A stretch of 64,000 bases of DNA, taken from positions 2,911,836-2,975,835 of the forward strand of contig NW_002060949.1 of the NCBI RefSeq assembly GCF_000150275.1, read 5' to 3'. The DNA is from Trichoplax adhaerens (Eukaryota > Animalia > Placozoa). Shown here piece by piece: positions 12,801 through 25,685 of this stretch; position 1 is the stretch's first letter, and every line of letters starts with the position of its first letter. The position numbers were made by a program, and so were the translations under genes. The notes under the pieces are model-generated. The model was not told where the DNA came from and ran no database searches. It was given only the letters and a program-made list of their open reading frames with translations.

Positions 12801-15800
12801 GGTTGATTTTCTCTACATGATATTTTACATAAATAGACTAACAAGTCTATACTGTACCCCAGTTTTGCAATACGCTTTGAATCAATCCATATAATCTCAT
12901 TTTTCTAAAGTACACTCTCTTTCTACATAAAGATTGATCGATATTTACTTATATGATAAAATAAGGTTTAACTGATAATGATAGCACTCATGAACAGTTT
13001 GTCAATCTTAAAAAATAGCACAGGGAATGACTTAAACAAAAAATAAGATTCATGACAAAATCTTTTACATTGCTATTAAGATTGCTGTGGGCCCTACTAA
13101 TATAAGAAAGGTACGATTAATGTAAGCATGAAGATAAAATAACCTATACGATAAAAATGTTACCCTTTCTTCAGTAGATAGATTTAGAATAGCAGTACTG
13201 TGATTAGCTTTATGCTATAATCCTAGCATTATAGTATACAGCATTAAAGGTAGCGTCTAAGGTATACTAGAGTTCTGAATGTAACTTGTCAATACCAGAT
13301 ACTTTAAAAATAGGGAAAAATGAAATTTGAAATTTATTTCGAATTTCAGCTGTTAGCAAAATAAGCTATTTTAAAATGATCGATTAAAACGTTATTGGAA
13401 TGTCTAGTTAATATTTATGTTACAATTATTTTAGAGAGATAATTTATTTCAGTAATAACGTCGATTTTCAATTTTAGCATGCTTGAATACTTCAAAAAAT
13501 TAAATCATTATCATGATAATATTACCCGCCACCGTGGACGTAATTATACCTTGACGTTTATCATGCCGTCTTTGACCTCATCTCAATAATATTTGGATTT
13601 ACGCATTTTATCACGAAAAAGCTAACTGTCATGACGACAATACAACTACAATAGCTGCTGCTATGATTATCGTATTGTTATTACATTAGCTAGATCGTTA
13701 TTTCTGCAACATTTTATTCATAACATCGGTTATTGTAGCTCGAAAGCAATGATGTAACAGCGACCCTTTCTACTACTTCATCGTTAGGTATTACACAATG
13801 TCCCGTCAATTTTATCCACAATATTTTATGTTTGGAATGTTAGTATTTTATCTTACTACGAAAAAAAATATGTTAAAAATTTATTGATTTTATGAAGCAA
13901 TTAATGCAACTTTTCTAATTGGTGCCTTAATTGCTATCGATAAAAATTGTATTTTGTTTCTTCTTATTATTAAATACATATTTGCAATTCTAATTGGATT
14001 ACACGTGCTAGACTTCCAGTTAAAGCTATATTTTATTTAATGATTATTTAACCTAGAACTCTAACGTACATTATACAACATATAATTGGATGGAAAATTG
14101 GGAAGTCCTAGTACGTGTGACGACAGTAGAGTAAACAATGTGGAGGTGTTGGCGAACGTCATTTAGAGCAATCTCGTTTCGATCACATTTTTACCGTCTA
14201 GCTATACCAGCGTTATTACTTGTTTTGCACAGTACTACAACCTAATTCTATTAGCTATCACATACAATATATCATGATAACGCCTTATTACTTGATAGAT
14301 ATCGACGACAAACGGTAACTAATAAGCTAGTGAAAAATGCGTGTAATAATGAAAGATGACAAATCATCGAAGGCGAGAAGTATTTTTACCTTATCTGTAA
14401 AAGTCATAGACGCTTGAGTACAGCCAACCATTACATTTAATTGAAAGTTCATGCCGTATAAATTTTCTTAGAAGTTACATTGGTTCTCGCCTATTATTTA
14501 TCGGCTATAGATATGCAATGAAATTTGTCAGTAAAAATAGGAGTTTTCCTAGCATGTATAGGAGTCTGGTGCAAAGGGATATCGATTTAATCTGTGTCAT
14601 TCTTTCAGTAAAAGAATGCAATCAAAAATGCGCTAGCTCTTATCGGATAAACTGTGTCATGATAGACAGTCTTTTATCAAATATAGTTACGCTATAGAAA
14701 TGAATACGGGAATAAATGTAATCATAGAATATTGCAGAAATAAAATATGAAATAGAAGACAAATTGTAATATTTGATTATTGAGATAATACTGTATGGTT
14801 TGCTGCGTATTTTGATGCTATTATATTCCTTTGACAGATTTCCAATTTCATGCTTGAGGGTTATTTTTAATCTCAGTAAAGTCGTGATTGACAAAGAAGT
14901 TATTTTAAAGATTTATCTTTATTCAGTTCATAAATTGGTTTAATAAATTTGGAAAATTCGAAATATTATCAGGAGTGGTATACAGCTTAACCAATGGATG
15001 TTTCTGATAAAAATCAGGGAATATCCAAATTATACAATATCTTGATACATTTTCTTAATTCAGGTAATTATAATTATATAGGTACGAGCAATATCACTGC
15101 TAAAGAGCAGAAAACTAATAATAATAAATATTTGGAACCGGTGACACTTTGCATAGCTGTAGTTATTGTTACGATTTTACCTTCGATATTATTATTGACA
15201 ATCCGAGTGCTTTAAATAAATAGAAAAATACTTTTAAGAATTAAACTATTTCAAGGCGGTTATCCTGATTTATAGTACAAGCGATCTTAATATACTATTG
15301 GTATTTATTTAACAAAAACAGGTATTCGTATTACATTAATATCATTTTTTAGTAATAAGAATATTTAATATTTCTATACTAGGGCGGATAATGTTGATTT
15401 AATTTTCCATTTTATTACCATACCATGCCCTATAACATACTGCTAGCGCATAATTTCCCACAACTTCATATCATATTCTCAATTCTGATGTATTATATAC
15501 CAAAAATATTGGTAACATGCTAGACATTTAAAACATGCGCGGTACGTAAATTTTCAATGATCTCACAGCGAATCACACAAAATTCCACGTATTTATCGTC
15601 AACTTAATAGGACAAACAACTGAGTAAGTAAATGTCATGATTCATGTGTGATATCGGAATAATTAAATCAACAAATATGAGATGTCATGAATGAAATTTT
15701 TCTTGGCTAAATCATGATTCGTCGAGTATCGCAGCAATAAATAATTAGCCGCATGACTTAAGTTAGGTATTTGGTGCCGTTTTCATAAGACTATACGATA

Positions 15801-18800
15801 GTGATTATGATTTGAGTACCATATATAGGTAAAACTTCAATAGGGAGCAGTTAATAGTGGCCAGAAAGAATGTTGAAATATTCCCTATGTTGAAGCTCAT
15901 TTAAGTTGCTTATTTTTGAAGGCCAGCTTCTTGTATCCAAAATAATTATTCATTGATGATGCTTTACAATTTAATGATATAGGTATATAATAGTTATAAC
16001 TCGTCCTAGCTGAGCTACTATTTTATTTCTCTATTATGCTCTTACGATCATTATATAGATATACAAGAATATAAAAGTAGTTTTTAGAAAGAGTTCAATA
16101 AGTTGGGACTAGCAAAATTCTAATTTGAAATATTGCACTACAAGATGATAGAATAACTGCTATAGCTAATTACATGATGATGGAGCAAAGCAGAAGAATA
16201 ATTGTCATCGTGAATCCCTTAAAAAGAGTTCCTTTGATTTAGCTACAATAATTATAACTTACTGATCGCCTATCAATTCACTGATGATCTGTATTTCAAA
16301 TGATCTTTATTCTTGCTGTGTTGTTGTCGATCATTATATTAATTTAAATTATTGATTACTGGTATGTGTCTGATTAAAATTTTTGTTGTTAAGCAATTGT
16401 CATAATGTATTTATCAATGTCCGGTTACAGAGGAAAAAATGAGTAAATTAGCATAGATTTGTTTTGTAATTTTACACCAAGATTCTTATGCTGACTAATT
16501 TAGCTATTGAACCACGATTAAACAATTTCGTTTATTCTGTAGTTTCGAGAAATGAAATATAACATGATAATTTCATGTAGACAAATAATAATAATCGAAC
16601 ACGAGTGTCATGTGTGTAAAGCATTAAATTATTCAGTTATTTTATAATATCCAAATTTAAATAATTCAATTTAGTTTATAATAGAAGGAATTTAACGGAG
16701 TTCTGTGTTAGACAAAATAGTCATCTCGTAATAACGTTATATTATACTGACAAACAAGGCTCTTTATTTTCTCTCTTGCTACTCATAGTTTTTCGGCCAA
16801 AGGTCATCTTGGTGCCAATTATGATCTAGTATAGGCACATTTATAGTTAGCTAGTTAGCTGTAGCAATGGTAATAGTGTAAATAGGTACACCAATATCTT
16901 TTATAGGTAAAGTTAGCAATTTCCATTTCTCTAAAATTGATTAATAGTAAATGGATTGCACGAATTAGTGGGGTGATAATTTTCATTGTGTAGTATAATT
17001 CCGTAACATTTTCGATTTAATTACCTTAATTTATAATTCAATGGTATGTCACGATAATTATAACCGATTATAGTTTCTAGAATAATTTTCTTCTATATTG
17101 ATGATAGATATTGTTGAAATATTTTAAAAAATACCAAGTACAAGTTTTCGATTTATAATCTGATTTTATAGCTCTTCCGAAGTCAGTTATATCAATTGAA
17201 ATTTAATATTATTGTGTTTATTTTGATACAATAATTGAAATCATTTTATTTTGCTGTAGAATTGAATTGAAGTATTATTCAAATGTCGAAAGTTAAAATT
17301 TAGTTTTCGATAGATTTTTTACATTCGAATTTTAAAATTAGTCTCTTCTCGATGTCATAACATCTATTATGTATGACTCTTGAAGCAATTTGTGTATCCT
17401 GCCGATTTAAAAACATCACTCAATTTTGTCAATTATACTAAGTAATTCTATCTATGTTGAGACCTAGACCAACTTATTAGCATGAAAAGTGATGATGACT
17501 AGACAGCGTACAGGTTCTGAAGTGTGTTTTGCTCTGTTAGGTATTTCTGTTATTTTAATATAAAAATACGTTATAGAAATAAAGTTCAATTTGTTGAAAT
17601 AAGTTCTTGAATAATATTGGGGTAATAATATAACAGTTAAAATTTTAAAAGAAAATAGTTGTTTTTAAAATGTTGATTTATAGAGACTATAATATAAATA
17701 AAGACCTAATTTAATTTCTTATCAAATTTACTGTGATCTTATAAACGTAAAATTGTTTTAGCTCTATCCTTATGAGACCTGATGAACCATAGAATAATTT
17801 TGCTAATGCAAGTTTAATGAAGATTCACTACGAGTAACGGATTAGGATACATTTCGATAGGATAGTACCTAGAGATTATTTTATTTACAAGATTGGTTGA
17901 GCTAAGTCTATCTATTAAGGCAGATTCATCTACATGATGCCTTCTGTCATTCAGCAATTTATAAGGAGTATTCAATCAACTCATGAATGATTGACTGAGT
18001 TAAGGTGTAATACTGTAAATCTTTGTTCTTGCAGGTTATACATTGGTAGAGCGAGCTGATTGTTTCGCCTATAGAATAATTTTTTCAGTAGTCAATATGG
18101 CAAAACACTGCAGCAGTTGCACCTTAACTGGCACAGATATCTCAAATGGCAGCAGGGTGGTGGTTGCAAACATGTTGTAATCGCATATTAAATGGTATGT
18201 ACTAGAATTCTGGAAAGAAAAATTTGCTGGATACAATTGTATTTTTAGGTCGCGATTTTATTTTTTAAATTTTTGCTGAATTGAGGAAACCATAATTAAA
18301 TAATTACATCAATATGCTTTGTATTTCATGTTAGCGAATGATGTCACTGGCAGTAGTTGTAACGGTATTATTGCATGACATGGGCCCTTTTACGGAAAAA
18401 ATCTGCAATTAAACAATTTCTATTGCCGGGACAGGGATTTTTTTTGAAACCACACAATCCAAATACTCATTAGTAACATTTAGTAATATATTTTACTTGC
18501 AGAGTTTGAAATACTATCTAATAAAAACTTAAATATGAGCCGCGTTTTGTTTCATTTCATACAGCCTGTAGAACAAATTCCTATCTAATTGCCAGTTATT
18601 ACGCTCATTCTGAAAATTTTCGTCCATTATAGTAACTAGTAGGGTTTTTCAGAATTTTTTTACGGTTTTGTTGATTACTGTTTATATGAATTCATAGCAG
18701 CTCCGAACATTTCTAATGGAAAATGATTCGTAAACTTATGCACATTTTTTACTGTCAATTCCAAAATTTATAGTCATTTTTATGAATATTTCATATAGTT

Positions 18801-21231
18801 TCTGGCTACAATCACATTTATATGGTATTAATTATCGATAGTTATTCACAAGTCTCAGTAACCTGTACTGTAAAATGACCTTAAATCTGCATATTAGCTG
18901 TCTATTTAGATCTTTATACGGTAATTGCATCTGCAAATGTTTTCCGTATTTTTCTACAATTATACCGATTTTCATTGATATTCATAAAGAATCCGCAATA
19001 TCGCATCATATTTCTGAATAACTATGACTCCTAATGCGGATATTTGCTGCTGCTTTTCCGGCATTTACCGCATACCTGCTTTTGTGAAGGTTTTCGAGCT
19101 TCTTCTATAGTTTTTTTTGATACAAACGAATATCACAGGTATTTCCTCGCAACTATTATTGCTAAATGATTTAAGGTTATACTTTTACTGATAATTCTAA
19201 TGAGCGGAATTACTGAAATATGACCGTTTTTATTGACTATCTTACTAAGCCAAATTATGATTCTAATGTCGTATGGATTTATGAAATGATTAGTAACTTC
19301 CATAAGTAACTGATTGCACCAGTTCATAGTTTGTATAATTAACAGCTACATTACGGATTCGTAAATTTTGAGAAAAAAGTATTTTATAACGTTTTTGAGG
19401 TAAAATGTATTTAAAATGCAATATCTTGGAACAGTTTGCTTTTGTTCGAATAAGGAAATTGTTACTAATTCTCCTATATACAAGTATTCATTCATGATAT
19501 TTATTTTTTTAGTTTCAGAAGATTTGGATTTTTAATTCGAGTACTTTTTTCTGATCATTTCATGTGTATGTATCAGAATAATCTACCCAATTAATGACGC
19601 ATTGGAATATAAATGTGGACTGAAATTGATGGAGCACGTTTACGTATTACAATATTACTAATAAAGCTTTTAGTATAGGTACTTTAAATGACTGTAAACA
19701 GTGTTAACTACCTGGGTAACGAAAATGTATGTAAACTCTGTAGCTTAAACTACAATTTATCAATACTGTAGGTTTTCTGTTATTGTATGGACTTGTTCAT
19801 TCAGCATTCACTTTTTCCAAAGTTTTTGGAGTTAATTTAAAACACTATACTATTTCTAAGCTAAGGAACGATGCAATGTCGTAGTATGAGGGAATTAATA
19901 GCAAGAAGTAAACTGTCCTATGATACTTGATAGCAATTTTGGGCTCTGATTTAGCTTGTAACGGAATTTATTTAAGAATTTAGAGAATACAGTTTTTATT
20001 GAAATGAACTGGAGTGAGATTTAATTCATATTACGACGCTTCAAATAACACAGCAGTGATGACAGGAATTATTTCAAGTTTAGTTTTTATATTTAAATTA
20101 CAGCAATACGGATGCGTCATTGTCTAATTGCACATACAGTATGTATGCTTTTGCATTGAAAAGAAATGGCTTCAGTATATACTCCAAATTTTATTACCCG
20201 TAAAAATACATGCTTCATTAGTACTTGGCAAGTAATTGCTATATGTACTTTACTGGTAACGAAATAAGAATACTTCGTGGATGATTTCGATTCGCCCGTT
20301 AATGGTAATTGTGATTACATAATTGTACGAAATCATAATATTATACACTGTATCAATTACCCTAAATTGCGAGCGAAATAATGCGTAATTTAAAATAAAC
20401 GGCAGTTACACTTTTCCAAATCTGAAGTCCATATTTTATAAAAATTCTACCGTATATTGATCTTCTAGTTAATAATAAATTGAAGGATAACTCAGAATAA
20501 AACAAGATTGATACTAGCTTGTTTTAAATTTCCAGTAAGGCCGAGTAGACGGAGTAACATGTAAGTCTTTCAATCTTATTCTCTTGGACAAGCTATTGCA
20601 GGTACTCACGTTTTTAATCACACTGTGTAGGTCGCTAAAGTGCTGTGAAAACTTTATTGACTTTCAAATAGCATACAGCGACAGTTTTAAATCACCGGAT
20701 AGGACGTAAGATTGTTTTAAATTAGGCTAATGAAACATAGCATACTATAGTACTAAAAGTATAGTACATCGTAATTCGTACATTATAGAGCATTCCACCC
20801 AAGTAAATATTGCAATTTTACGATACTGATAACAAAAAACTTGACATCAGTGCATTCGATTTTAATCATTAATAATCGTAAGTAGACATATTAGAGTTTG
20901 TTGTCAATTTGTATAGGTCATTCTTATTTATCAAAAATTGGAAATTAACATACAGCATAGAGGGATACATTTGGCATGCATACAGTAAATTTGTACAGAA
21001 ATGAACAGTTGTGGTGCCATTCCATAAGATCATTTAAAAAATTATCAGATACTGCAATACTGAATATCACTCATATGAAGCTGAGCTTTTATAGTAAGAG
21101 CTACTCTTTGATTTTATTAATTAAACAATATGGTGCGATTATAGATAAATCATCCTGAGGGAACAGATCCAGTTAAGAGTACACTTTTATTAGTTGCCTG
21201 TAATATTTTTATCATAAATGCAATTGGTTTG

Positions 21232-22062
21232 TTACGAATAACTCATTTCAGCAGCCGTTGACATCGGCTTAGGTAAATACAAATAGTGTTCGAGATAGCT
21301 GGCTAATTCATCTGGCGTTGTGTCATCTTGGTAGTTTGGACTGTTTTCTGTTACATCTCCATTGCCACAATCTGTGATAATGTTCTCATTCACTTCCTTT
21401 CCTTGATTATGTTCTAACCAGGCTTTAGCCATATTTAACATAACTGGTTTATTTTTATTGGTATTCATTTGAGACATCTTTGTAGTGTCGTTTTGATCAA
21501 TTAGCGAAAGGTTGGCTACATGATGGTCTAAGTTAGGATTTCCTTGGTCAATGTCTGAATTTATACATTTGACAGATTCATCGTTGTTATAAACTGCAAC
21601 CTCTTCTCTATAATTCTTTCCGCTGTTTGCAGCAGCGGCTACATCTGATACTGCCCGGCGACTATGGTCGAAGTTGCAAGTTGAATCTGGATACACTTGA
21701 TTAATATTAGTCATATTTGTGTTCATTGAATGCTTAATTTTCGGATGCGGCTGATATGGGTAACGGTATGAATGGGGAGTTGGAGTATAACGATAAGCAC
21801 ATCTACAATGCATCTTACTTAAATAACCGGCGGATAAGTGTAATTGATCCAATCTATCAATGGTATCATCGATCAGGGGCAGTTCATCACAGTTACAATT
21901 CCGGTAAGGATGGCAGGGTTGTATTGGATCTAGATATATTAGGTTCAATGTTAATTACATTAGTTGACTTATGATAAGATGAATGCAGCTTCACTTATTT
22001 CTGAATTTAATAAAATCAGTTATAAATTAATAAATAAATTGTATACCTTGCATGCGTGCCAT
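21232..22062 (-). CDS. OSER1: OSER1-like protein (oxidative stress-responsive serine-rich protein 1 family), ~237 aa
   Basis: The C-terminus DDTTPDELASYLEHYLYLPKPMSTAAEMSYS matches the conserved family motif (D.T.D.L.GY....YIPKKMS.MAEMMYT). Exons 22062-22047 (MARMQ, in-frame stop upstream) and 21929-21232 join in phase 1. A likely 5'UTR exon donor GTAAGT lies at 24027. Confidence 0.75.
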
Positions 22063-24499
22063 TTTATCAGTAAAACGTTAGTACAAAGGTGGAGCAGCTT
22101 TTAATTCGCAACGCCAAAGCCTTAGATTCACTGCAATGTAAAAATTGAATGTCAGTATCACAAGCGGAATGAAAAGTGCATCGTTAGATGTTTGTGAAAA
22201 CCTGCGACCTAATGCTTAGTCTAATGAGTTTATGGTTGTTAAATTTCTGATGCTTACAAAGGTTGGATAAAAAGAAAGCTAGCAGTACTACATGATGAGT
22301 ATAGTACGAATGTTGTACCTCTCGCATTTAATTACGCTAAATGCATATTCATGTCTATTCATAGAGTAATTCAAGATTTTATACTTCAATTTCAGTAGCC
22401 AAAAACAAGCCTTTCAATGATAGGTGTTATTGAGTAACTGTGATGACATTACTACTTACTATAGGTATACATTAATTACGCTAATATTGCGATTTAATTA
22501 ATAAGGTTAAGCCAAGACTTGTCGTATTCATATACTCGTATACGTTATCAATCAGTCGGGGATTGTTTTAAATCTCTTTCAATGCTGTTTTAATGGAAAA
22601 TTGTGCATAATACTATCTTGCATGGTCAGTTCCGACATTTCTGAAAGAGCTGAGGTAATCGTATAATTCGTATAATTAATAGTCGTGTGTGTCATTTTCT
22701 ATTGCTACTTTAAGGTGAAGTCATTGATCAAAAATGCGAATCAACTTCTGAAATTGGAGAATTAAATTAACTGACAAGGTATCAACATATCGATATATCA
22801 TGACGTTGAACAGACTTACTGTATTATACAAAACAACTGTCTCAAGCTGTCTTCATACGAATAAACGTATGATTCAGTTTTCTCACACAAAGTAGTAGCG
22901 TTATACCATGTTCACAAGGTATTCATTAAGGATTTCATTCAGATTGGATGATAATGAATAAATTTAGAATTCCAATCGAAGAAATATTATGAACAACTTC
23001 TTGAACTCAAATCATGATGACTATGTAAAAGCAGATAAGATTGGAGATTTCTTTTTAGAATACAGTACAGTACTTTGTTGTCTGGCAAAATATGCTGTTG
23101 ATAGAGTCCAAAAGCAAGTTTCTTGTCTATTTAATGTACTGTATATTATTTGCCTCCCGTAGATTACTATTTGGTATTAAGCAGTACTGCTATCTTTTGA
23201 CCTAATGTGTACTATTCATAATAACAACAACCAATATACTGTACTACTATAAAAAATGGGGTTAGATTATTTTATGGAGTAGGTACTGTAATGTGCAGAC
23301 CACAAAAAGTTGGAGAAAGATTGATTGCTTATTACAAAATTGAAAATAATTGAAAGGATTCTTGGCCAACTATTAGTCTATCCGATGGTACCCGGATATC
23401 CAGTTATAGTTCCATAACGAGTATCACATTATTAGCCTATAGTCCAGTTGTGTGCGTCATTTGAGTGTATTTTTTCTGCTATCATGTTTGAGTTGTCGTA
23501 TTTGTTGTCTGAGTTATCAATGTCGACTGGAAGATCATTGTAATATAGTAGTCACAAAGAATCTATCCTATGCGTCAAAGTGTTTTTTGAATGATACATA
23601 TTACATAGCTAGCTCATGATAAAAATAATAATGAAAATCCTTCAGCTGTTATTGCATGGAAGGCATCCACAACGTTAGACTCCAAATAAGCGCAAATGGG
23701 AGTCCATATGACAAATAGGATACATCGATGAGTTAAGTACTGTATGTGTTTATAAGCAATTTCCAGAAAGATATCGTGGGCGAAAAAAAAACACTTTAGC
23801 AGGGCTTTTGTTATTCAAGATAATGATGATCATTCTGTATAGATTGAATCAATGAGGAGATGACTGTATAGGAAATGTAGGAATGATGTACATGTAGGTG
23901 AATTTGTTAAATCGAACTAGATTGGAGAACTTTTCCAAGAGCATAAAATGTAGACATAGCTAAGAGTATTTTTAGTTTTCCTTGACGCTTTAATTGCATC
24001 GTCATGGAGTCGTTGTAGCGTACTTACCACAAACTGTTTATTCTATTTTATTACTATCTCTGATTGGATCAATTGGCGAAGACGTTCATCGGCTTTATTT
24101 CAATCAGATTATAACTATACAACATCGGTAGGATAGAGTAGAAGGAAAGTTGGCAACGTTCTGATGTAAAATGGATAGAATTTGCCACTCTTTTTCAAGC
24201 CAAATATTGATGCTTGTCACTACGATACTGTCAAGCGTATCAACATACTACACAGTAGCATCGTACTATTTTGTAGGTTAACTCTGTCAGCATTGATTGC
24301 CCGACGGTACTATACCCACTGTCCTATACGTAAGGATAATACAAAGGAAAGGGTACGCGAAGTGTACTGACGAACGAGGGACGGACTGGAGATAAATGGA
24401 AAGGTAAACCCTTGATCTCTATGCTCAATGGGGCTAATGATGGCGAACATACGGCAAACCGACAGTCCATGGTATGAGCCTTCTGAGCTTTCTGGGCTA

Positions 24500-25600
24500 T
24501 AGTAGTACAGTATCATGGTCAATGAATTAATTAGAATATATTACAATATACTGTAGAGAGGTAAAAGAAAAAAGAAAGGGCACAGTAGTATTGCGGACTT
24601 GAGGGAGAAACAAAAGGCGAATGGCGAATGAGAAACCTTTCAATCCATTATTCCGATTTTACGAGAAGGAATGGATACAGTACTGGTACAGTACAATGTA
24701 CCGTACAGTACTTTATTACAGTACATCGTACCGTGCCACCATAGTACTGTACTGTACATACTGTATCCAAAACTTTGCCAACTACAGTACTGTACAAATC
24801 CCTGTATTGTACTGTACAGTACAGTACAATACACTGTACAGTACGGTAGGTTCTCGGCTACAGTACGTACTGTACAGTGTACAGTACTGTATTGCGATTT
24901 GCTTTTCGGAAATGATGGAAGGTTTCAGACCGAACCAGACCGTTATTGGTGAGATTTTACGAGAAGGAATTGATACAGTACAGTACGTACAGTACAATGT
25001 ACAATACTGTACAGTCGAGATTTTTTGGTACTGTACAGTACTGTCATGTACTGTACATGTACTGTACTGTACAATACAGTACAGTATCCTTTAGTACAGT
25101 ACAATACTTTATCACAGTACATTGTACTGTGACACCATAGTATTGTACTGTACTGTAGTGGTGTGTCAAAACTTTGCCAACTACAGTATAGTACAGTACT
25201 GTACAGTATAGTACTGTACTGTACAGTACAGTACAAGTGACTGCATTGTACCGTACACTGTACACTGTACACTGTAGGTTCTCGGCTACAGTACAGTACT
25301 GTACATACTGTACAGTGTACAGTATGTCGGTTTGCTTTTCGGAAATCATGAAAGGTTTCAGACCGAAACAGACCGCTATTAAGAGTACTGTACTGTACAG
25401 TACAGTGCATTACCTCGACTGTACAGTCTACAGTGCACAGTAGAGGCACTGTAGGCCAAGAACTGCCCACAATGCTCGGTGGTGAAGCCACAAGATATGA
25501 GACTACACTAGCTCGATGTACCAGTGTAATGTACAGTATAGCAACCGCGAACATAGAGTACTGTACTGCACTCCGACATACAGTATCTCTACGTGTCTAC
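24500..25600. promoter_or_regulatory. Putative bidirectional promoter of OSER1-like (-) and RCC1 (+), densely filled with TACAG/CTGTA motifs
   Basis: Lies between two divergently oriented genes. Contains dozens of TACAG/CTGTA 5-mers and 12-bp palindromes TACTGTACAGTA and TACAGTACTGTA. The ORFs here are low-complexity artefacts. Confidence 0.6.
24655..25380. repeat. Two-copy tandem repeat (~298 bp and ~428 bp) whose conserved blocks are separated by variable TACAG tracts
   Basis: Shared blocks: GATTTTACGAGAAGGAAT (24655, 24953), CAAAACTTTGCCAACTACAGTA, GTAGGTTCTCGGCTACAGTAC (24846, 25274) and TTTGCTTTTCGGAAAT.ATG.AAGGTTTCAGACCGAA.CAGACCG.TATT. Confidence 0.9.
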
Positions 25601-25685
25601 TACGCTTCAGCACGCGCACCTCACAGTAGACACTCGTATAAAAGAAAGCAAAGTTTTGGACACCAAGCAAACGTTTACTGAATCA

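Noticed and set aside
18030-19380. Exon-like segment and recurring TTTACGG/TTCCG words that might be a decayed transposon
   Set aside because: No consistent reading frame, terminal inverted repeats or target-site duplication could be identified by eye.
24621-25554. Many overlapping ORFs rich in Y/S/T/V/Q/C on both strands
   Set aside because: They are translations of the TACAG repeats, which lack stop codons, and show no protein-like features.
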